Assembly: GCA_964643985.1 (NCBI GenBank) | Contig: CAZXUS010000003.1 | Location: 1-53,879 of the forward strand | DNA length: 53,879 nt | Reading direction: 5' to 3' | Source: an uncultured Bdellovibrionales bacterium | Lineage (GTDB): Bacteria; Patescibacteriota; Minisyncoccia; Moranbacterales; DUUL01 | Shown: piece after piece, positions 34,827 through 42,361 of the stretch | Numbering within the stretch: position 1 is the first letter of the stretch | Layout of the letters: each line of letters begins with the position of its first letter | Translations under genes and position numbers: made by a program | The notes under the pieces: generated by a model | Databases searched by the model: none | Seen by the model: the letters and a program-made list of their open reading frames with translations, nothing else | What the model was told of the DNA's origin: nothing

Positions 34827-36593
34827 ATGAAAAACGACAAAAAAAAGAAAAAGCTCCAATTATTACGTCACAGCACTGCTCACATTTTGGCCACCGCTGT
34901 TTTAAAATTTTTCCCAGAAGCCAAATTTGCAATTGGTCCATCCATCGAAAATGGTTTTTATTATGATTTTGAACTTCCCCGTCCTTTAATTCCAGAGGAC
35001 TTGCCGTTATTAGAAGCCGAAATGAAAAAAATCATCAAAGCCAATTTTGCCTTTGAACAAAAATTAGTTCCCAGCCAAGAAGCTTTGGCTAAATTCAAAA
35101 AACTCGACCAACGATTCAAAGTCGAATTAATTGAAGATTTGATTAAAGAAAAAAATTCAGAAGTTAGCCTCTACAAATTGGACGGTTTTATTGATTTATG
35201 TAGCGGACCTCACATTGAATCTTCCGGCGAAATTGACCCTCAAGCTTTCAAATTGACCACAATTTCCAGCGCTTATTGGCGCGGCGATGAAAAACGAGAA
35301 AGTTTACAAAGAATTTACGGAACAGTTTTTGAAAATAAAGCCAATCTCAAAAAACATTTATTCGAAATGGAAGAAGCCAAAAAACGAGACCACCGAAAAC
35401 TTGGAAAAGATCTTGATTTATTTTGTTTTTCCGATTTAGTTGGACCTGGACTTCCTCTCTACACTCCCAAGGGAACTATTATTAAAGAAGAATTGCAAAA
35501 ACACATTGAAAGTGTTTGCAAAAAATATGGATTTCAGAAAGTCTCTACTCCCTCTCTAGCCAAACCTGAACTTTTTGAGATTTCTGGACATGCTAAAAAA
35601 TTTGGTGATGAATTATTTCACGTCACTTCTGAAAAAAAACACGATCTTGTTTTAAAACCAGTTCAATGCCCTCATCAAACTCAAATCTATGCTTCAAAAA
35701 ATAGATCATATAAAGATCTCCCTATAAGATATATGGAATCTGACAAACAATATCGAGCAGAAAAAACAGGTGAAGTTGGAGGACTATCCAGAGTTTATGC
35801 GATTACCGTCGAAGATGGTCATTCATTTTGTCGAGTCGATCAGATAAAAGAAGAAATAGAAATAATGGTTAATATTATCAAAGATTTCTATGGCAATTTA
35901 GGTCTTTGGGGTAATCACTGGGTTTCTCTCTCAGTTAGAGATTATGATCATCCAGAAAAATACATTGGCGACACAAAAGATTGGGATAAGTGCGAATCAA
36001 TGTTGGAATTAATTTCTAAAGAAATGAAATTAGATGCAAAAAAATGTGAAGGAGAAGCAGCCTTATATGGTCCAAAATTAGACTTCATGTTTAAAGATGC
36101 CACCGGAAGAGAAATACAAATTCCAACTATTCAATTAGATTTTGCAACTCCCAAAAAATTCGGTTTATTTTATATAGACGAGACAGGAAAAAAAGTTCCT
36201 CCGGTAATGATTCATCGAGCAATCCTTGGTTCATACGAAAGATTGCTGGCTCTTTTGATAGAACATTTCGCAGGCGCTTTCCCTTCTTGGTTGGCACCAG
36301 TTCAAGTGGCCTTACTTCCAGTTTCTAAAAAATTCAATGATTATTCTCAAAAAATTGCAGAAGCATTAGAAAAAGCTGAGATTCGAATCGAAACTCCTGA
36401 TGCAAACAACTCTCTTGGAAAAAGAATCGCCGAAACTACCAAACTTAAAGTCCCTTACATTTTAATTATGGGAGAAAAAGAAGAGAAAGAAGATACCGTG
36501 ACGATTAGAAAAAGGGGTCAGAAAGAGCAAGAAACTCTAAAAATCGCTGCTTTTGTGAAGATGATTAAAAAAGAAATTACTAAAAAAATTTAG
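34827..36593 (+). CDS. thrS: Threonyl-tRNA synthetase (no N-terminal TGS domain)
   Basis: Starts at the editing-domain motif RHSTAHILA, with a class II catalytic core and an anticodon-binding domain. 588 aa. Confidence 0.95.
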   Translation: MKNDKKKKKLQLLRHSTAHILATAVLKFFPEAKFAIGPSIENGFYYDFELPRPLIPEDLPLLEAEMKKIIKANFAFEQKLVPSQEALAKFKKLDQRFKVELIEDLIKEKNSEVSLYKLDGFIDLCSGPHIESSGEIDPQAFKLTTISSAYWRGDEKRESLQRIYGTVFENKANLKKHLFEMEEAKKRDHRKLGKDLDLFCFSDLVGPGLPLYTPKGTIIKEELQKHIESVCKKYGFQKVSTPSLAKPELFEISGHAKKFGDELFHVTSEKKHDLVLKPVQCPHQTQIYASKNRSYKDLPIRYMESDKQYRAEKTGEVGGLSRVYAITVEDGHSFCRVDQIKEEIEIMVNIIKDFYGNLGLWGNHWVSLSVRDYDHPEKYIGDTKDWDKCESMLELISKEMKLDAKKCEGEAALYGPKLDFMFKDATGREIQIPTIQLDFATPKKFGLFYIDETGKKVPPVMIHRAILGSYERLLALLIEHFAGAFPSWLAPVQVALLPVSKKFNDYSQKIAEALEKAEIRIETPDANNSLGKRIAETTKLKVPYILIMGEKEEKEDTVTIRKRGQKEQETLKIAAFVKMIKKEITKKI

Positions 36594-36597
36594 TTTT

Positions 36598-36732
36598 CAA
36601 AAGCACCAAATCCAAAATTACAAATACCAAATAAGCACCAATTTTCAAAATTCAAATATCTAAACCTGACTTCGATAAAGTTTTGAATTTAAGAAATTGT
36701 AATTTGTGATTTATTTGGAATTTGGTGCTTTG
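36598..36732. repeat. Long AT-rich imperfect palindrome (about 135 bp) between thrS and miaB
   Basis: CAAAAGCACCAAATCCAAAATTACAAAT opposes ATTTGTGATTTATTTGGAATTTGGTGCTTTG. The inner pair is TCAAAATTCAAA / TTTTGAATTT. Confidence 0.7.
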
Positions 36733-36752
36733 AGTTTGTAATTTACGAAAAT

Positions 36753-37865
36753 ATGAAATATTTTATCCGCACTTTCGGTTGTCAAATGAATTTCTCCGAT
36801 TCCGAACGAATGGCAACTTTTTTTGAACAAAATAATTTTGAACCAGCCGACAAAATCGATCAGGCTGATTTAGTGATTTTCAACACTTGCGGAGTGCGCC
36901 AAATGTCCGAACACAAAGTCTACGGCCACGTTCACAATGTTTTTAAAAAAGACCCCCAAAGAAAAAAAATTGTAGTTGTCACCGGCTGTCTCGCTCACCG
37001 CGAAGAATTTCGAAAACGACTAGAAAATAAAGTCGATTTATTTTTACCCATCAAAGACTTCCCTAAAATATTAAAATTAATCGAAAAAAACAAAACTCTT
37101 TTAAAAAAATTAAAAGCAACTAAGCTCTCCCATACACTGGAGTATGGGAGTGAAGAAAATTGCTATCTTAAAATAAAGCCCAAGTACGAGAAAAAGGAAT
37201 CCGCTCTCGTGCCAATTATGACCGGATGTAATAATTTCTGCACTTATTGCATTGTTCCCTACGCCCGCGGACCTGAATGGTCTCGACCTTTTAAGGAAAT
37301 TCAAACAGAAATTAAAAAACTATGTCCTTACACGTGTAAGGACATATGTAAGGACATAACTCTGCTAGGACAAAATGTAAACTCTTACCGAGATAACGAA
37401 ATTTCCTTCCCGATCCTGCTAAACACTCTAGCCAAAGAATTTCCCAAAATAACTTTCAGATTTCTCACTTCTCATCCCAAAGATTATTCCGATGAACTTA
37501 TCAACGTCATTGCTCAAAACAAAAATATTTCCCGTCAAATTCATCTGCCAATTCAAGCCGGCAGTGACAAAATCCTCAAAGCGATGAACCGCCCTTACAC
37601 TCAAAAATATTATTTAAACCTCATTAAAAAAACTCGAGAAAAAATTCCGGAGGCTAAAATCTCCACCGACGTAATTGTCGGTTTCCCTGGAGAGTCCGCA
37701 GAAGATTTTCAAGAAACCGTCAAAGTTTTTAAAGAAGTTAAATTCTCCGAAGCCTTCCTTAATAAATATTCCCCCCGTCCCGGCACCGCCTCTTTCAATC
37801 TCAAAGACAACATTTCTTTGGATGAGAAAAAAAGAAGAGAACAAGAATTAAGAAAATATTTCTAA
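36753..37865 (+). CDS. MiaB/RimO-family radical-SAM methylthiotransferase lacking a TRAM domain
   Basis: N-terminal FGCQMNFSDSE..NTCGVR and radical-SAM CNNFCTYCIVPYARG. The ORF ends at ..EKKRREQELRKYF, right after the core. It contains two palindromic repeats (37125-37150 and 37322-37357). Confidence 0.8.
   Translation: MKYFIRTFGCQMNFSDSERMATFFEQNNFEPADKIDQADLVIFNTCGVRQMSEHKVYGHVHNVFKKDPQRKKIVVVTGCLAHREEFRKRLENKVDLFLPIKDFPKILKLIEKNKTLLKKLKATKLSHTLEYGSEENCYLKIKPKYEKKESALVPIMTGCNNFCTYCIVPYARGPEWSRPFKEIQTEIKKLCPYTCKDICKDITLLGQNVNSYRDNEISFPILLNTLAKEFPKITFRFLTSHPKDYSDELINVIAQNKNISRQIHLPIQAGSDKILKAMNRPYTQKYYLNLIKKTREKIPEAKISTDVIVGFPGESAEDFQETVKVFKEVKFSEAFLNKYSPRPGTASFNLKDNISLDEKKRREQELRKYF
37125..37150. 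repeat. Family F palindrome inside the miaB-like CDS
   Basis: CTCTCCCATACACTGGAGTATGGGAG is identical to 13285-13310 and is read in frame as ..LSHTLEYGS.. Confidence 0.85.
37322..37357. repeat. Perfect 24-bp palindrome ATGTCCTTACACGTGTAAGGACAT plus a 12-bp tandem copy, inside the miaB-like CDS
   Basis: Read in frame as ..LCPYTCKDICKDI.., at the position where family members usually carry a short helix before ..ITLLGQNVNSY. Confidence 0.8.
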
Positions 37866-37937
37866 ATTCAATTTACAATAAACCAATTTACAATTTATAA
37901 TAAATTTTCAATTATTTAATTTTCAATTTCCGCAAAG

Positions 37938-37973
37938 GCTCGCCTCGCCATAGCCTTAACGAAGGCGGGCGAG
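37938..37973. repeat. Family B1 element (GCTCGCCTCGCCATAGCCTTAACGAAGGCGGGCGAG)
   Basis: Related to 7585-7617 and 8404-8437. Confidence 0.7.
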
Positions 37974-38079
37974 AATCCAGATTAAAAAATAAAAATTAGC
38001 AAATAAACAGCTAAAAAGAGAAGTTCTCAGACTCCCCTTTTAAAATTGATCTGATTATTTAACCAGATATTTTTGAAAA

Positions 38080-38259
38080 TCAATGTTCACATTTATGAAA
38101 TTTTGTTCTTTCGCTTTTAGAAGAGTTCCCGGTTAGCCTTTTATTCAATTGGCTAAGCCAAGCATAAATTCTCAATCTCCATGAAAATTTTGGCTCAAAA
38201 TATTCAGATCCTTTTCCGCCCTGTTTTTTCAATTTCTCATACAATGATTCTTTTTTCAT
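38080..38259 (-). CDS. Hypothetical micro-protein (59 aa), below the ORF-track cutoff
   Basis: AAAGGAG lies 6 nt upstream of the ATG at 38259. My translation is MKKESLYEKLKKQGGKGSEYFEPKFSWRLRIYAWLSQLNKRLTGNSSKSERTKFHKCEH*. Confidence 0.45.
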   Translation of the reverse strand: MKKESLYEKLKKQGGKGSEYFEPKFSWRLRIYAWLSQLNKRLTGNSSKSERTKFHKCEH

Positions 38260-38357
38260 TACCCGCTCCTTTTACAAAGAATTTAATTATTTAAAATCAC
38301 ATTTTAGTTTCATTATCTCAATTCATTTTGACTATTATCAATTTTGGAATGATTTTT

Positions 38358-38393
38358 ATTGACCAAGGAAACTAATTAGTTTCCTTGGTCAAT
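38358..38393. repeat. Perfect 36-bp palindrome ATTGACCAAGGAAACTAA|TTAGTTTCCTTGGTCAAT
   Basis: 18-bp arms, no spacer, no flanking T-run. Sits between two micro-ORFs. Confidence 0.9.
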
Positions 38394-38408
38394 CTGGTCG
38401 AATGCTTT

Positions 38409-38537
38409 TTAAATAGTGAACCTCATCTCGCGTATTCTCCTAGGTAGCGGCCTTCTCTTGAGTAATTCAATCATTTTTTTTGCCTTTCTACATTTTTCAA
38501 CAAATTCTTTTCTTTTTTCTTTATCTTGCTTTAGCAT
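38409..38537 (-). CDS. Hypothetical very basic micro-protein (42 aa)
   Basis: AAGGAGG lies 6 nt upstream of the ATG at 38537. Translation is MLKQDKEKRKEFVEKCRKAKKMIELLKRRPLPRRIREMRFTI*. Confidence 0.45.
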   Translation of the reverse strand: MLKQDKEKRKEFVEKCRKAKKMIELLKRRPLPRRIREMRFTI

Positions 38538-38755
38538 TTTGCACCTCCTTAAATTTGAAAATCTAAAACAATGCCCTCTCTAAAATGTTTTCAGGTAACG
38601 CAGAAAAAAAATTTCCTGCAAGTAAAAATTTTTTATCCCAGAGATTGTTAACTATCAACCTTCAACGAGATTATTCCGCACAATACCAGAAATGAACCAA
38701 AGTAAACAAGTCTCTCTCCATTGACGGGTAATCCAATTGCAGTGTTTGGATTCGA

Positions 38756-38857
38756 CTAAACCGAACAAAATCCCACAATAATTGCCAAACCGCCGAATAT
38801 TAGAAGAGTGTTGAAGCGTCTATAAAACTTTCTCGAAAACGCTACTATTTTTTTCAC
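38756..38857 (-). CDS. Hypothetical hydrophobic micro-protein (33 aa); the frame stays open for 35 more codons after an in-frame TAG
   Basis: AAGGAGGG lies 7 nt upstream of the GTG at 38857. Translation is VKKIVAFSRKFYRRFNTLLIFGGLAIIVGFCSV*, then SNPNTAIGLPVNGERLVYFGSFLVLCGIISLKVDS* (to 38648). Confidence 0.4.
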   Translation of the reverse strand: MKKIVAFSRKFYRRFNTLLIFGGLAIIVGFCSV

Positions 38858-39032
38858 TTAAAATCCCTCCTTAATTAAGTTAATAAAAACCACCTAAAAA
38901 TATTTTCTCAATAAATCAAGTTATTGTCAATCTCTAGCAGCACAAACTCAAAACCTTTCTTCTTATCGGATTTCGATATTCGAAAGCCATTGAAAATTAA
39001 ATCATTGAAAATTGATTGTAAATTGAAAATTG

Positions 39033-39854
39033 TTAATTGTAAATTAGTACCACTATCTCTCCTTTGACTTTATCTGGATTTTCTTCGTAATATTTTTTAA
39101 TATCAGCGACTTCTCCGCGTTTTATTTCTTCAAATATCTTAGTTAATTCTCGCCCTAAAATTATTTTCTTGCCTGAACTACGAGTTTGGCACATTTCTTT
39201 GTCAAAACCTCCGCTACTCACTCCACGTACTTTCAAATACGCTTCTTTGCGTTGCTCGGCTTTTCCTCGAACTGCACTCAAATTCATATTTCCTGATTCT
39301 TGGGAATTTTCAAATTCTTCTTGTAATTTCTCTATTAATTCCAAATTTTTCATCAAACGATAAGGAGATTCATAATAAAGAGTTGGATAATTAGAAGCTA
39401 GAACTTCTCGGAAAAATTTCTCCCGACCTTTTTTGTTGGGTGGAAAACCCATAAAAGTGAAACGAGTCATATTAATTCCAGCCACGGAAACCAAAGCACT
39501 CAAAGCATTAGCTCCTGGGATGGGAGTTATTTTTATATCATTTCCAAAAAATTCCAAAGCACGTTCAATCAAAAGATTACCCGGATCAGAAATTCCTGGC
39601 GTTCCTGCATCGGTCACCAAAGCTACTTTCTCAACCTGCTTCATCTCCTCTAAAATCTTCCTAATCTGATTATCATTACTTTGCTGATGATAAGCTTTCA
39701 AGGGCTTAACAATTTCATACTTGTTTAGTAAGACTTTAGTTTTTCTAGTATCCTCGCAAAGAATAAAATCTGCCTCCTTAAGGGTTCGAACCGCTCGAAA
39801 GGTAATGTCCTCCAAATTGCCAATCGGCGTAGCAACAATCGAAAATTCTAACAT
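39033..39854 (-). CDS. rsmI: 16S rRNA (cytidine1402-2'-O)-methyltransferase RsmI with an internal insertion of about 45 aa
   Basis: ..VATPIGNLEDITFRAVRTLKEADFILCEDTR.., ..TDAGTPGISDPG.., ..GRELTKIFEE.. The insertion is ..ENSQESGNMNLSAVRGKAEQRKEAYLKVRGVSSGGFDKEMCQTRSSG.. Confidence 0.85.
   Translation of the reverse strand: MLEFSIVATPIGNLEDITFRAVRTLKEADFILCEDTRKTKVLLNKYEIVKPLKAYHQQSNDNQIRKILEEMKQVEKVALVTDAGTPGISDPGNLLIERALEFFGNDIKITPIPGANALSALVSVAGINMTRFTFMGFPPNKKGREKFFREVLASNYPTLYYESPYRLMKNLELIEKLQEEFENSQESGNMNLSAVRGKAEQRKEAYLKVRGVSSGGFDKEMCQTRSSGKKIILGRELTKIFEEIKRGEVADIKKYYEENPDKVKGEIVVLIYN
39201..39278 (-). repeat. Family C element inserted in frame in rsmI
   Basis: The - strand reads AGTGCAGTTCGAGGAAAAGCCGAGCAACGCAAAGAAGCGTATTTGAAAGTACGTGGAGTGAGTAGCGGAGGTTTTGAC. 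It has the same length and conserved blocks as 9412-9489. Confidence 0.8.
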
Positions 39855-39863
39855 TAAAGTAAT

Positions 39864-42104
39864 TTAATTTTTAATTTCTCCCTCTTCTTTGACCTGCGAC
39901 AAGCTCACTGAAAAAACCTTTGAATAACCACCAGAATCCATCGTAATTCCATATAAAATATCCGACATTCGCATCACTTCGCGAGAATGAGTGGCTAAAA
40001 TAAATTGGGTTTTGTGGGAAAGTCGTTTTAAAATTTTACTAAATTTATCGGCGTTGGCTTCGTCCAAATTAGCTTCAATTTCATCTAAAAAAGCAAATGG
40101 GGGTGGGTTGTAGGAAATCAAAGCAAACAGCAAGGCAATCGAGGTCAAAGTCCGCTCTCCGCCAGAAAGCATATTTAAATTATTAATTCGCTTTCCCGGA
40201 GGATTGACTTTAATCTCAATTCCATACTCAATTTGTTTTTCTGTTTCTTCTGAATCATCTTCTAAATCATCGGTTCCCTCAACCCCTTTTCTTTTTTCAA
40301 TTTTAATTTTTTCCAATTTAGCTGAACCTCCGGCAAATATTTGTTTAAAATAAATAGCAAATTCTTTATTAATAGAAAGAAAAGCTTGGCTTAAACGTTT
40401 TTTAATGGTCTTTTCCATTTCAACAATCACGCTGCTCAAATCACTCAAAGTCAATTTCAAATCTTGAGATTCTTTTTTTAAAAAATCATATTTTTCCTGA
40501 AGTTCTCGATGCTCCTCCACTACTGCTACATCGATTTCCTTAACTTGTTCTAACTGCCAATTAAGTTTTTCAATCTCCATTTTCAAATCTTCTGTACTCA
40601 ATCGACCAGAAATCGCTCGCAACTCTTTAATTTCACCTTTAAAATTAGTTTGAATATCTTTTTCAATTTCCCTTAATTCTTGCTCAAGCTTGTTTTTTTC
40701 TAGCCTTAAATGTTGAATATATCGTTCCGCTTTTTCCATTTCAAATTGCTCTCTACGAAGTTGATCCTTGTAATTCACTCTTAATTCCTGCTTTTTTTGA
40801 CTTTCCAGATTAATCACTTGAATTTTCTTATTTTTATCAACTATCTGCTGTTTGCAGTTTTCAATTTTAGCCAAATTCAAATCAGCCAAATCTTTAATTT
40901 TAACCAAATCTTTTTTCATTAAAGCTTTCTTTTGTTCAATTTCCTTGTTAGCTTTCTTTTTCACAGTCTTTCCCGCTTGAATTTCTTTTAATAAATCATT
41001 AATACTGGTCAGAATTTTGGTCACTAAAGATTTACTTTTTTGATTATTCAAATCTTCTTTAATCGCTTTTAATTTCAATAAAATATATTCTTTATCAACC
41101 AAAATAATCTCTTCTTTGTCTAGTTGCTCAATTTTTTCCCGAAGTGATTTTAACTCAATTTCTTTTTGAAAACCCACTCGCTCTAATTCATAGCGCTCAC
41201 TTTCTAATTGAGTTTTTTCTTTTTCTATTTTGGCAATTAACTGATTTTTGATTTGAACAGAATCGTCACTACTTTCTTGAAGTTTTTGATTAACTTCTAC
41301 TATTTTACTTTGACTATTTTCAATTTGGTTTTCAATTTTATTTAATTCAGAGCTGTTTTTTAGTTGATTTTTTTCGGCATTATTCAATTTAACTGCAAAA
41401 TATTGTTTTCTTTTTTCCGCCAATTCTTCTCGAGTTTTTTGACTTTTTTCAATTTTTCGACTTTGATTTTTCAAAACTCTTAATTCTGGTTCGATTTCTC
41501 GCATTAAAGAAATCGCTTTTTCAATATTAATTTTGGTTTTCTTAATTCTTCGAATACTTTTCTTTTTTTTCAGTTGAAATTCTTTTACTCCCGCCGCATC
41601 TTCTAAAAATTCCATTCGTTCCAACGGACTCGATAAAAGAATTTGATCCGTCATTCCTTGATTAACAATTGTATAATTGCCATGTCCAATTCCAGCTCGA
41701 GAAAGTAAATTCATCAAATCAAATAATTTAACTTTACTATTGTTGATCAAATAGTGATTTTCTCCATCTCGATAAATTTTTCGAGTAATCACCACTTGAT
41801 CATAATCAATATCAAAACGCTTACTAGAATTATCAAAAAAAACTGAAACCTGAGCGCAACCCAACTGAGCTTTAGTTGAAGAACCGGCAAAAATGATGTC
41901 TTCCCTTTTATTACCTCGAAGGTTTTTCGCTGATTTTTCCCCAATCACCCATCTTAAAGCGTCCGAAACATTTGATTTTCCACTACCGTTTGGTCCAACC
42001 ACACAGGTGACACCATTTTTTAAATTTTTTCCACCCGAAAAATCCAAGATTGTTTTCTTGGCAAAAGATTTAAATCCAGTAATTTCTATTTTCTGAACAA
42101 ACAC
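39864..42104 (-). CDS. smc: SMC-family ATPase, unusually short (746 aa) with no recognisable hinge
   Basis: N-terminal head ..ITGFKSFAKKT..VVGPNGSGKSNVSDALRWV.. and C-terminal head ..LSGGERTLTSIALLFAL..FLDEIEANLD. About 420 aa of charged coiled coil lie between them. Confidence 0.75.
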   Translation of the reverse strand: MFVQKIEITGFKSFAKKTILDFSGGKNLKNGVTCVVGPNGSGKSNVSDALRWVIGEKSAKNLRGNKREDIIFAGSSTKAQLGCAQVSVFFDNSSKRFDIDYDQVVITRKIYRDGENHYLINNSKVKLFDLMNLLSRAGIGHGNYTIVNQGMTDQILLSSPLERMEFLEDAAGVKEFQLKKKKSIRRIKKTKINIEKAISLMREIEPELRVLKNQSRKIEKSQKTREELAEKRKQYFAVKLNNAEKNQLKNSSELNKIENQIENSQSKIVEVNQKLQESSDDSVQIKNQLIAKIEKEKTQLESERYELERVGFQKEIELKSLREKIEQLDKEEIILVDKEYILLKLKAIKEDLNNQKSKSLVTKILTSINDLLKEIQAGKTVKKKANKEIEQKKALMKKDLVKIKDLADLNLAKIENCKQQIVDKNKKIQVINLESQKKQELRVNYKDQLRREQFEMEKAERYIQHLRLEKNKLEQELREIEKDIQTNFKGEIKELRAISGRLSTEDLKMEIEKLNWQLEQVKEIDVAVVEEHRELQEKYDFLKKESQDLKLTLSDLSSVIVEMEKTIKKRLSQAFLSINKEFAIYFKQIFAGGSAKLEKIKIEKRKGVEGTDDLEDDSEETEKQIEYGIEIKVNPPGKRINNLNMLSGGERTLTSIALLFALISYNPPPFAFLDEIEANLDEANADKFSKILKRLSHKTQFILATHSREVMRMSDILYGITMDSGGYSKVFSVSLSQVKEEGEIKN

Positions 42105-42253
42105 AATACAAAATTTTTAATTTTTAATTTTGTAATTTTATAAATAAATTTAAAATCTAAATTTTTAAACACTCTCAATCAAGACGTTTTAAATTAAAAA
42201 ATTAAGTTTTATTTAAAAATTATAAAATTATATTTTCAGAATTTAAAATTTTG

Positions 42254-42345
42254 AGTGCAATTCGAGGCGAAACTGAAGATTTCAATGAGACGCACTGACT
42301 GGTGCGGCGAACTGGAACCGGAAGTTTCAACGAAGAAGTGTGCCA
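42254..42345 (+). repeat. Family C element, intergenic copy between rnc and smc (antisense to both)
   Basis: AGTGCAATTCGAGGCGAAACTGAAG..GAGACGCACTGACTGGTGCGGCGAACTGGAACCGGAAGTTTCAAC. Confidence 0.7.
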
Positions 42346-42361
42346 AAATGCAAATTCATAT

